A stretch of 63,428 nt of DNA, filler included, from Stramenopiles sp. TOSAG23-3 (lineage: Eukaryota): NCBI GenBank assembly GCA_900128585.1. It is 4 parts of 4 records of this genome, joined end to end, with 100 filler letters (N's around TTAATTAATTAA, not from the genome) between each part and the next. Parts side by side here need not be neighbours in the genome. Positions count along the whole stretch, not along the records: positions 20,504 to 40,876 come from LT642377.1; positions 40,977 to 61,345 come from LT642378.1; 2 more parts are not named here. One strand, given 5' to 3'. The notes below the pieces were generated by a model. That model saw only the letters and a list, made by a program, of their open reading frames with translations, was not told the DNA's origin and searched no databases. The position numbers and the translations under genes are program-made. Position 1 is the first letter of the stretch. Every line of letters begins with the position of its first letter. Shown in pieces: positions 31,946 through 41,291 of the stretch.

Positions 31946-32521
31946 CGTTCTTTGTACTTTGTACCACTTTGGTCACTTACTTCATTTCCTCGGAAGTGAT
32001 GTATTATAATGTTATTATTAGGGTTTTAATGCTCGCTTGGGTCGGGCTCTTCTTCTTTCTGTTTTCTGTTTTGTTTTTTGTTTTTTGTTTACTTCGTCCG
32101 TTAGTAGTTATTAGTTATGTTACGACTCCCTTTCCTTCGCCCCTTCTTCTAGAGCTCTTTGCTGAAGCCTATTTCTATATTAATATTTAATGTACATATA
32201 AACAACAACAACCAACACGAAGAAAGAGGATTTCTTCTTCCCAGGCGAAATTCTTCATTTTTTTCTTCATTATTATATTTACGTACATTATTACGAGGAG
32301 TATATCATCAGAGTTATATAAAATATATTTTATTTAAAAAAATAATTTTAAAAAAAATATGATGTATTTTTTAGTGTCATGCAATATTTACACACCTGTG
32401 TAAATAGTTAAATGGGGTGCTGTGTGTTGATGCTGTTCAAGCAATGCTATTCACATATGTCCTATGTGCGCCACGTCCAAGCCCGTTTTTCACCCCGGGC
32501 AACCACGAGGATCAAAAGGAT

Positions 32522-33934
32522 TTATCTCCTTCTGTGGTGGAAGAATGAGGAAGGTCGTGAAGAAGGCCTGTAATGGAATAAGGAAGGCCATGAGGCAGGC
32601 TGTCGCCTAGCTGGTTTTGCAGTATGCCACCCTTTCGACCAACGCTTTGATGGTTTTGGCTTGTTCTGAAGTCGTCGCCGTGCGTCCCCATTTGCACTGC
32701 ATTGCGCTTCGCCATCGCAAGTCCACGCCCATTTTTCTCCTCTCTCCTTCTTGCATGCTTGCATGGCCCCGTCAAAGGTAGGGTAGCATAAGCCATCTTT
32801 GCACGTGGTGCCATCTCCGCAACAGTCGCATTTTTTGCAGCCTTTCTCCTCTTCACCCGTGATGTAGCCCTCAGGAATGTTGAGTGGTTCCAGGGTGTAA
32901 GGCCACTCAGTGGTACGAAGGTTTTCTGCCCCATCACAACAGATACCATAGCTTTCCACGGAATCGGAACTAATGAACAAATCCCTAGCAGTACGTTTGT
33001 TCATATCTTCAATCTCCCCTTGGGTCCAAGGTTTAAACGTGTATCCCTCGGCTTCACATCCTGTTTTGGTTTTGCACCTCGTTTCATGGCACTTTTCGTC
33101 AAACGTATCCCCATGCCATTCGCCGCAGATCCCACGGAACACGGCTTGATAATGTGTCGTGTACTGCACGTCACCACATGTGTAGCGGTAGAACGTCAGG
33201 TTTCCATAAATTTTTTCATCTTCATCCCCTACAAGTTGCCCACTCCTCGATTCACAGTACGCTGCGTCAGTCCTGCACTGCTCATCGTGGCATTCGTTTT
33301 CGATATCGTGACTATGATCCCATTCTTCTCGCACTTTACAATCTCCCGTTGGTAATTCTCTCGATGGCTGAAATGTGCCACTTTTGCACATCCCGGTATC
33401 AGGTAACGGTACGTCAGGATGTGCCTTGCACTCTTCCAATTGAACTTCACCATCGCAGCAACTGGATATACCGGTGTCAGAATAACTTCTAAGCAGTTGC
33501 CACATTGCCTCAAAGAATGTGTACGGTTTAAATTCCAAGTTGTCCCCAAAGCCGTCTTTCCCGCGCTTTGCGTGGCAACCCTCTTTGCTCGCCCTGCACT
33601 CCTCGTCATGGCATTCTTGTTCATAATCAGGCGTTTGGCAAGTTCCTCTCCTCATTCTTATGCGTGCACACTGGATCATCTCGTCTGTGCACCTACGCCT
33701 CCCCATACTATACTGCGTCTCTCTTCCGAAGTTGAATTTTCCAGGTTCGCACCCTAAGAGATTCAACACTTTTTCTTTTCTAGCCGGTGAGTGGCAAGAT
33801 GGGGAGAAATATTCATTAGAGGGATCGCGACCTTTGGAACAGCAAGACGCACTGCTTTCTTTTAAATGCTTAAGTTGATAAACTAAATCTTTTAAATTGT
33901 CGTCTGTTGAGCAATACGATTCCCACAGTATCGT
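32522..33934 (-). CDS. Cys-rich protein with three ECHDExCR...CCDG repeats, 5'-truncated
   Basis: Repeated ECHDEECR / ECHDEQCR / KCHETRCK modules and an RRRL motif near the C-terminus. The frame stays open upstream to TGA at 33935-33937 with no ATG or signal peptide. Confidence 0.65.
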   Translation of the reverse strand, partial: TILWESYCSTDDNLKDLVYQLKHLKESSASCCSKGRDPSNEYFSPSCHSPARKEKVLNLLGCEPGKFNFGRETQYSMGRRRCTDEMIQCARIRMRRGTCQTPDYEQECHDEECRASKEGCHAKRGKDGFGDNLEFKPYTFFEAMWQLLRSYSDTGISSCCDGEVQLEECKAHPDVPLPDTGMCKSGTFQPSRELPTGDCKVREEWDHSHDIENECHDEQCRTDAAYCESRSGQLVGDEDEKIYGNLTFYRYTCGDVQYTTHYQAVFRGICGEWHGDTFDEKCHETRCKTKTGCEAEGYTFKPWTQGEIEDMNKRTARDLFISSDSVESYGICCDGAENLRTTEWPYTLEPLNIPEGYITGEEEKGCKKCDCCGDGTTCKDGLCYPTFDGAMQACKKERGEKWAWTCDGEAQCSANGDARRRLQNKPKPSKRWSKGWHTAKPARRQPASWPSLFHYRPSSRPSSFFHHRRR

Positions 33935-35205
33935 TCAACAGCACCAACCTGCTTCGCCCTGCGTCGGAACGACGGTACCTCGCGAATTTTATCGGCAACG
34001 TGGACTGCGCCCTGTGCGCAACGATGACGAAAGCAAAATACGAGAAAACTGTGAAAAAATCATGCTATAGAACTCCCCTCCGTGGCGCGGTACTGCAGGG
34101 GCTTTACAATGCATTGCCCGAGTTCCAAAAGGAACTTTTTTTGCGCCCACTGTCCGGGTATGGCCTCGATTCAACGCATGGTGCAAAAGAAGGATTGTCC
34201 CAAGAAGACTTTCTTGCGACCCTGTCAAATAGCGCATTCACGCTGTGTGTTCCTGGGGCTAGCCCGGAGTCTACAAGAATTTACGAAGCCCTCGAAGCGG
34301 GAAGCATTCCGATACTGCAAAAACCAACGATGGAGGGAGGACTACTCTTTGGTCCGGGCTGCCCGCTGCCATTTGTTGATTCCCAATCTCCCGGGGCATG
34401 GCAGAAGGAAATCGTTAACTTCCTACTACATTGGCAAAAGCAGCCCAACGCTGCGCTGGACAGTTTACAAGGCAAAGTAATGGATTGGTGGAAGCGTTAC
34501 AAAGACTCTCTCCGGGCTCGAGTGAAAGCTATTTTGCTGGCGCCAAAGAACGGCATCCATCGGGACATGTTGGAAAACAATGAAGTGCAAAGGTTCCATG
34601 AAACCAACCGTCAGTTGGTCTCTCTGCACGGCATGGTGGAGTCAAAAGAGCTCGGGGCAATAACTCAGGCCAAGATCCTCATTCACAAATTTATGCAGCT
34701 GTGTCAATACGAGCTTTCCAATAGAATTACACTGCAAGGCGAATTCAATGCCAACAGCTGTCCCTGGCTTCTGTCTGCCGGGGCGTACGCTGCGCACATT
34801 GTTAACCTTCGGCAGGAATTTTTCTGTCTTGCAAACGCCTCGCTGTGGTACGACCCATTTTCTCCAACGCTGCACGATATGATTGCTGCGACCCATTGGA
34901 AACACGAAGAATTTCCAGAGCGGGAAATGGCGAACAAGTTTGCCGAACTGCTCCATCGAGTAAACAACCACAGCAAGGCCTGGCAGAGGTACCCATTGCT
35001 ACCGAAAAAGATGCTCGAAGTGAGGAGAGGCGGTGCTGCTGCAAAAGCACTGATGGTGGCGCTGCGACTGTGCATGAAATACGACTCCCAATACGATTAC
35101 CGGTCGTCCATGTGGTACCACGGCCTGCTCCACAACAAGGAAATCAAAGAAATGTTAGAGCGGCATTTATCCCATTCCCCTCCTCCCCTATACGACCAAG
35201 TGTGA
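33874..35205 (+). CDS. Exostosin/GT47-like glycosyltransferase C-terminal region plus helical extension, 5'-truncated
   Basis: RPASERRYLANFIG; FLATLSNSAFTLCVPGASPESTRIYEALEAGSIPI; LQGKVMDWWKRYK. No ATG precedes the conserved region (upstream TAA at 33871). Confidence 0.7.
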   Translation, partial: VDKLNLLNCRLLSNTIPTVSFNSTNLLRPASERRYLANFIGNVDCALCATMTKAKYEKTVKKSCYRTPLRGAVLQGLYNALPEFQKELFLRPLSGYGLDSTHGAKEGLSQEDFLATLSNSAFTLCVPGASPESTRIYEALEAGSIPILQKPTMEGGLLFGPGCPLPFVDSQSPGAWQKEIVNFLLHWQKQPNAALDSLQGKVMDWWKRYKDSLRARVKAILLAPKNGIHRDMLENNEVQRFHETNRQLVSLHGMVESKELGAITQAKILIHKFMQLCQYELSNRITLQGEFNANSCPWLLSAGAYAAHIVNLRQEFFCLANASLWYDPFSPTLHDMIAATHWKHEEFPEREMANKFAELLHRVNNHSKAWQRYPLLPKKMLEVRRGGAAAKALMVALRLCMKYDSQYDYRSSMWYHGLLHNKEIKEMLERHLSHSPPPLYDQV

Positions 35206-35739
35206 GGGAGTATAATAAATTAATAGTCATATATCTTCATAGGAACATAACAATAATCTAATATTACAATTATTTAATACACAGTATACCAGGAAAAAAG
35301 AAACCCTTACCTGTACCCTTTGATACAGCGCTTATTTTATCTATGCTGCTATACCAAGTAAGGAACCTGCCACCCACCTCTGTTCTATTCTCTCTGACCT
35401 CTGACTCCATTCACTATAATAGCACCATGTTAGTCGTCTATCTTCAATGTTTTTTAAATAGTATTACAACGTAATAAGGAGTAAAAGAGGAGAAGAAGAA
35501 GGAGGTGTTAAATTATTTTTACTACTAATACTCTGTTTTCTTTTCGAACGGACTGAATTTCAATTCATGAATGCGATTGCATATAATGAATTTTTAGAAA
35601 GAAAAAAACAATGCGATGAACGTACGATATCACAGTATTTATTGCATGACGTTTTGTTTTGCATGACGTAATAGTAAGTGTGTACAAACAAAACTGCAAC
35701 CGACCGTACAAATAAGCGAACTGAAGCATTTGTCTCACT

Positions 35740-37410
35740 ATGCCTCGAGTTCGCAATGCTTTGAGCCTTTCCGCACTCTGCTGTTTGTGCTTAGTGTTTG
35801 CGGTGTCTGCTTCGACGGAAGCCACTGTTGCGGGGGTGAACGTAACAGCAGAATGCCGCGAGCATCTGGACGAATACGACTTCGTTGACAATCTCTGCCT
35901 AAATAAACTGGACCTACATGTTGGTGCAGACGGAAACTGCAAAGGGAACCCTCTTGGGATCCTATTTGAGGTGTTCCTATTTCTGTACGCCATGCTCGGC
36001 CTGGCTATAGTATGTGACGACTACCTTTGCGTTGCCTTGGAACGTCTGTGTGATATATTTCTCATTCGGGAAGACGTAGCAGGGGCCACGATAATGGCAT
36101 TTGGTAGCGCTGCGCCTGAGATCATCATAAACTTAATTTCAACGCTTAAGCAAGTGAAACAACACCATGACCATGGCGAAGCGGACACGTCGGCACTAGA
36201 CGCGACAAACACAGGTGTCGGAGCTATTCTAGGCAGTGGTGTGATCGCGTTCTTAACGATACCAGGAGCGTGCGCTCTGAGTGTGGAAAAGGGGACAGAC
36301 ATTAGTTTGAAACGTCGCCCACTTTTGCGCGATATCACTGCATACACAATAGCCCTTCTGCTTTTGTGTATCTTTTTTGCGGACACCAAAATAGAGCTGT
36401 GGGAGAGTTTAATGATGGTAGGGTTCTACGTGTTGTACGTATTGACCGTTGCGTTTGCCCCTGCCGTGCGTGAGAATTACAGGCACAAGGTTCTCAAGCT
36501 CCCCAAAAAAAAGAGAACCAGCTTTGTAAAAAAGAAGAAAAAATCCAGCGTCCACGGTGCATTGAGTACAGGCTTAGGGACCCCTTTGATTGCCGCAGCC
36601 GATGAAACCGAAGCCTATGATTCTGCAGATAATGAAGCTGCCAAAGCAAAAAACCCTGACGGTATTTTAAAGAATCCTTTGGACAAAACAACTTCGAATA
36701 AGACAGTGTCCTTCGGGCTAGAAATGTCAGTAACTGAAAGCATCCTGCATGCGAGCCAGTTCTATGAAGGCGAAGAGCATGAAAATGATGATGCGCCGCC
36801 ATCATGTTTGGGGCGGGTAGTCATCACCGTCTCGAAACCTCTCCACTTCATGTTTAGTTGGACTTGCATTGACTGCAACCCAGATACTCCATACGAAAAC
36901 TATTACCCCCTGACTTTTCTCGCATCTTTCATTTGGGTAGCCTTTTTGAGCCTCATCATTTCTGCGGTTGTAGAGAGGTGGTCTTATTTTGTTGGAGATT
37001 ATATAAGCCCCGGGATCATGGGAATGGTGTTGATAGCTGTAGGTGCAGAGATTCCCGACATGATCCAGTCTGTGACCATGGCAAAGAAAGGGTATGGTAG
37101 CATGGCTGTTTCCAACGCATTTGGAAGCCAAATAATAAACGTCTTGATGGGCTTGGGGGGGCCGTGGATGCTCGCAAATTTTTTGCTCCCCGAGGGAGCA
37201 GATTTTAAAGTAACGGGAGCAGCGGATTTACAAATCAAGGCTTACTTTCAATTTTTTGCTGTGGCCGTTACAAGTGCCATGCTGCTAGGAGTAACGTTTG
37301 TTTACCAACAACCGAAAGTCAAACTCACCAGGACCAAGGGGGCGATTTTGATGGCACTGTACCCATTGGTCATTGTGGGCGTTTTGATTGCCGAGCTTAA
37401 TACAAAGTAA
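35740..37410 (+). CDS. K+-dependent Na+/Ca2+ exchanger (NCKX/SLC24-like, CaCA superfamily)
   Basis: Alpha-1 repeat GLAIVCDDY...EDVAGATIMAFGSAAPE; alpha-2 repeat IAVGAEIPD...MAVSNAFGSQIINV; signal peptide. Confidence 0.92.
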   Translation: MPRVRNALSLSALCCLCLVFAVSASTEATVAGVNVTAECREHLDEYDFVDNLCLNKLDLHVGADGNCKGNPLGILFEVFLFLYAMLGLAIVCDDYLCVALERLCDIFLIREDVAGATIMAFGSAAPEIIINLISTLKQVKQHHDHGEADTSALDATNTGVGAILGSGVIAFLTIPGACALSVEKGTDISLKRRPLLRDITAYTIALLLLCIFFADTKIELWESLMMVGFYVLYVLTVAFAPAVRENYRHKVLKLPKKKRTSFVKKKKKSSVHGALSTGLGTPLIAAADETEAYDSADNEAAKAKNPDGILKNPLDKTTSNKTVSFGLEMSVTESILHASQFYEGEEHENDDAPPSCLGRVVITVSKPLHFMFSWTCIDCNPDTPYENYYPLTFLASFIWVAFLSLIISAVVERWSYFVGDYISPGIMGMVLIAVGAEIPDMIQSVTMAKKGYGSMAVSNAFGSQIINVLMGLGGPWMLANFLLPEGADFKVTGAADLQIKAYFQFFAVAVTSAMLLGVTFVYQQPKVKLTRTKGAILMALYPLVIVGVLIAELNTK

Positions 37411-37646
37411 TCCCTGGATACAATATGTTTAATTAAAGCACACACATATATATACTAGATATATATAAATTTTGTTTTTAATTAATATGACTATCATAAT
37501 GTTAATTTTTTAGGTATCATATAAAGAAAATGCTTATTATATGAAAAAAGACAACGAGCACCTCAAAAAAAAATAAGCCGCTGTTTACTTGCCAGTTGGA
37601 ATCTTGACCAGAACTTGGGGAGGATCCTTCTTTTTTTCTTTTTAAT

Positions 37647-37860
37647 TTTAATTACTTAAATAACAGCCAATTTTCTTGTTTTTATGATACATATAATAAT
37701 TTGTTTTTTCAATAATATATGAGAAAGCTAACCTAACCCTAACAGCCAATTTTCTTGTTTTTTATTTATAAGATCGAATGTTTAGTAGATTTCAGTTCGC
37801 AGTACATATTAATTTTAATTATCATACCTTAAAATAACAGCCACCAATTTTCTTGTTTTT
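37647..37860 (+). repeat. Dispersed repeat family A cluster (TAACAGCCAATTTTCTTGTTT x3 plus TAGATTTCAGTTCGCAGTAC)
   Basis: The same motifs recur at 57165-57490 and, inverted, at 52409-52445. Confidence 0.85.
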
Positions 37861-37904
37861 AATTATTATTATTTGTTATTTGTGTTTTTCAACGCTTTTC
37901 TTTT

Positions 37905-39908
37905 TTACTGAAAATTATTCTGCACAAGCCACTTTCGAAAGATTTCTTTGGATGAATTCAAATTACCATGCCTGTGCCTGTCTAATTGTTTTTGCAAATG
38001 TGTCAATCCCATTTTGGTCTCCCAGTGCAACGCCGCATGCTTAAAAAATGAGTCGACTGTATTGTAATGGACATTTCTGAGATACGGTCGAGTACAGCAC
38101 AGAAATGTTTGAGCGTTGCTGTGAAGGTACCCAAACAGTAGCAAAAACACAGCCAGTTGTGGATTGGCCCGACCCTTCAACACCACTCCGTCAAACACCA
38201 ACTTGTGTCTTTGCCCAGGTCTCCGCTTAAGATCGTTTGCCCATGTCTCTAGGGTTGAAGCGTATACGATGCTGTACATACCCCATGGTGATGCGGGGTT
38301 TGCCGGGGCCTTCTCTTTGTTATCCCACACCACCTTCGGGGAGGGTTTGGGGGGCAGTGGATGGCAAGCGTAAATTATGTTTGCTCCGCCGACCAGTGCC
38401 CTGGTACAATTCTCATGAAATGAAATTACGTAAAGGTATTGTAATTCTTTTGCCAAAGAATCGATGCCGGCATCCCACAACGTATCCGCCAACGTGTACA
38501 GCCCCAACCCTCCCGTTTTTATCGCGTCGCGCACTGCTTTGTTCTCCCGCGTAATGACCATGTTTTTATAATTATCTTTTTTGCGCTTTAAAATGGATAT
38601 GTCCCCTTTCCGGTAGGTGGGGGTGGGTATGACATCGTAAAAGTAGCCGTAAGTTTCTGCGACTAGCGGGGTTCCTGCGTAGCGAGTCTCGTGCTCCATG
38701 TACATTATCCAGCCTTTGTTTCTTTTCTTCCAGCACCTGTCCTCGTTCCAACGGTAGTCTTTGTGTTTAAACACTTTGTTTGCCTTTAAACCGTAGGAGT
38801 CTGTTTGGTGCAGTGCCCTTACGGTTAGCGTAGCATCTATTGTTGCAACGTCCCTGTCTTCAACGGCAATGTGTGCTATGCAGTTGTCGTACGAGATTCT
38901 TCCAATAACAAATTTCGGTATGTTTTCCCAATCGATGCTGCCTTTACTAAAGACAAACCAATCGAAGGCATCCGGTTGGCCAACGCTTGCGTTCTGAACC
39001 CATCTATTCATTAAACCGTCCACCCTAGTTGTGCTCGTAATGTCGTTCGCATCGGGCAGGACTTGATCTAGCCGCAGATCAAAATTGTAGCGACGGCCAA
39101 TGATGAACACTTTCTTTGGCAACCTATTATCGGAAATTTGTGCTTTAATGGTTTCTAGAGTCTCAACAAAGCTTAAACCGAGAAGGATGTCCCCATTGAT
39201 GTAGCAATGAAATGGCGCTTTTACCATCCTTGCGACTCGCAGCATCCCGTATAAAAAAGGAGTGCCAAATTGATTCTTGGACACGATACTTCTCACCCGG
39301 TTGATGCCAAGTGTCTTCGCCTTGGAACGCCAATACTGGTCGTTGGTAAAGGCAATGCTGTACACCCCGTACATTTTCAAAGCAGCCAAGGCTTTTAACG
39401 TGTTTATTTGTGCCAAATTTTTAAGTTTGTTTTTTGCGGTAAAACTCTGATCAAATAAAGTGGTAAAAACTACAACGAGTCGTCGGTGCCTGGGCATTTT
39501 TTGTGACGGCACAATGTGTACGCGGGCTTCTGGGTGCATTTTCTGGTGCACCATGGGCGTTTCTGGTGCTTTGGTCGGCATTCCTACGGTGCTTCGTGTC
39601 ATCGCATCTGAGTGTATTGGGGATGTTCTGCTTTCATTCTGATCCCTCTGGATGGTCATCGAATTAAATGGACCCTTCTGGCTTTGCTCCTCAGAACTTG
39701 CTAACCCACTCAAACCCTCCCCTCTCCGTTCTACCATATCTTTTCGCTCTGATGCATATTGTCGCCGTCCAACGCCTGATTTTCTGGCTAAAGGCGTTTG
39801 TTTCTCGAACACATCCCTGGCATATTTATGCCTTTCAAAATACAGAAAAGGTACCAAGGCGACAAGGACAATGGACAAGAAGAAAATGCACCTGTTTACC
39901 CCCGACAT
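37905..39908 (-). CDS. Type II membrane putative glycosyltransferase (GT-A-like)
   Basis: N-terminal TM, stem, then NQFGTPFL...YINGDILL, FIIGRRYN, DWFVF, FVIGRISYDN, DATLTVRALHQT. Confidence 0.7.
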   Translation of the reverse strand: MSGVNRCIFFLSIVLVALVPFLYFERHKYARDVFEKQTPLARKSGVGRRQYASERKDMVERRGEGLSGLASSEEQSQKGPFNSMTIQRDQNESRTSPIHSDAMTRSTVGMPTKAPETPMVHQKMHPEARVHIVPSQKMPRHRRLVVVFTTLFDQSFTAKNKLKNLAQINTLKALAALKMYGVYSIAFTNDQYWRSKAKTLGINRVRSIVSKNQFGTPFLYGMLRVARMVKAPFHCYINGDILLGLSFVETLETIKAQISDNRLPKKVFIIGRRYNFDLRLDQVLPDANDITSTTRVDGLMNRWVQNASVGQPDAFDWFVFSKGSIDWENIPKFVIGRISYDNCIAHIAVEDRDVATIDATLTVRALHQTDSYGLKANKVFKHKDYRWNEDRCWKKRNKGWIMYMEHETRYAGTPLVAETYGYFYDVIPTPTYRKGDISILKRKKDNYKNMVITRENKAVRDAIKTGGLGLYTLADTLWDAGIDSLAKELQYLYVISFHENCTRALVGGANIIYACHPLPPKPSPKVVWDNKEKAPANPASPWGMYSIVYASTLETWANDLKRRPGQRHKLVFDGVVLKGRANPQLAVFLLLFGYLHSNAQTFLCCTRPYLRNVHYNTVDSFFKHAALHWETKMGLTHLQKQLDRHRHGNLNSSKEIFRKWLVQNNFQ

Positions 39909-40622
39909 TTTGTTGCTTGTTTCCCTTCCATCCCGTTGTCTAAAATAACCCGTATTCCTTTTAAAACCTCAACTGCTTGCTAGAATTCAAGGACTGAGTG
40001 GCCATAACATATCCCTGCGTGGTTTTTTGTATATAAAGTTGAATCTGAATTCAGCGGGAAGGAATTCAATGATTCGCTAATTCAATTATTATATTTTTTT
40101 ATATATAATAATATTATTATTTAAAAAACAAAAACAACAACAACAACAACAACAACAAAAAAGAAGAAGAAGAAGAGATGATCGATTATTATCAGACAGA
40201 CCAGAGGGGTAAGAACGGATTCTTGTTTTATTATTTTATTATGAGAGAGCACCGGTTCGGGTGTCTTTTTCTTCCTACGTACTACTACGGTATTTATAAT
40301 AATACCTGGTAATAGTATGAGTAAGGGATGATCCATTTTTTATTAAATAATTATATTTCAAATAATCATCAATAATATAATAAAATAAATAGAAAATAAT
40401 AGAAGAAAAAACGACGGCGACCACCGACGACCATCATCATCATCCTTTTCATCCGGTCAAAGCCCCTAAAATAAAATATAATTTTACATATAAGTGAACG
40501 AAAATAACTTGCATTTAATTTTATCTACTTTTAGTTCACAGCTGTTCTTCTTAATTAATGTGAGATATTGTCCAAGTATATTCTTACTACAACTGGAAGG
40601 GTCGCGTTGATAACGCTAGACA

Positions 40623-40876
40623 ATGCCACACCGCCCATACATTGTTTTAGTCGTATTTCTGGTGTGGGGTTGCGCGGCCGGGCATGGGGGTAATCAATTT
40701 TACCCATTAAAGGTTCCGTACGGTAATAGTTCCGCCATACGCTTTGCGAGAATTAAAATTGCAACGGGCGAAAGTTCGAATTCATACTTCGCGGAATTCT
40801 ACTCCCTTCATGCTGTAAATAGTACTATTGATGAAGTGTGCCAGACGATGCTCGAGGATAAGTACCTGGAGGAAAA
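40623..40876 (+). CDS. Secreted protein, 3'-partial (cut by contig end)
   Basis: ATG plus hydrophobic signal (YIVLVVFLVWGCAAG); open until the N run. Confidence 0.55.
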
Positions 40877-40976
40877 NNNNNNNNNNNNNNNNNNNNNNNN
40901 NNNNNNNNNNNNNNNNNNNNTTAATTAATTAANNNNNNNNNNNNNNNNNNNNNNNNNNNNNNNNNNNNNNNNNNNN
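40877..40976. other. Artificial contig linker N44-TTAATTAATTAA-N44
   Basis: Linker at 40921-40932. Confidence 0.95.
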
Positions 40977-41291
40977 CCTGCTAGTTTTTTAATTAAAAAA
41001 AGTTCACACACATACGCACCCCTCTGGACACAAAACCGGTTAAGTACAATAATGTATTAATACAATAATACTAAAAATTTTTAGTATTAATTATTTTTTA
41101 TTTTTTTTGGTGATGAATGTTCAATTGCAACAAGCAAATCAGGAGGTTTGAAAATGCATTTTTGGATTACACATTTAACTGTTTAATAATATTGTTTTCA
41201 AGGAGTTAAGTTTGAGGTGGATGTGTATACATTATTTAACGTCAAAAGAATTTCAACTGTAGGAAAACGCCAAATTAGTAAATCCAGAAGA

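Noticed and set aside
33935-33937. Second selenocysteine (WCC-TGA) upstream of the Cys-rich gene
   Set aside because: The sequence beyond it is antisense to conserved GT47-like codons, hits TAA without an ATG, and I saw no SECIS downstream.
37728-37743. Telomere
   Set aside because: Only 2-3 degenerate CCCTAA units, internal to a contig; noted only as part of repeat family A.
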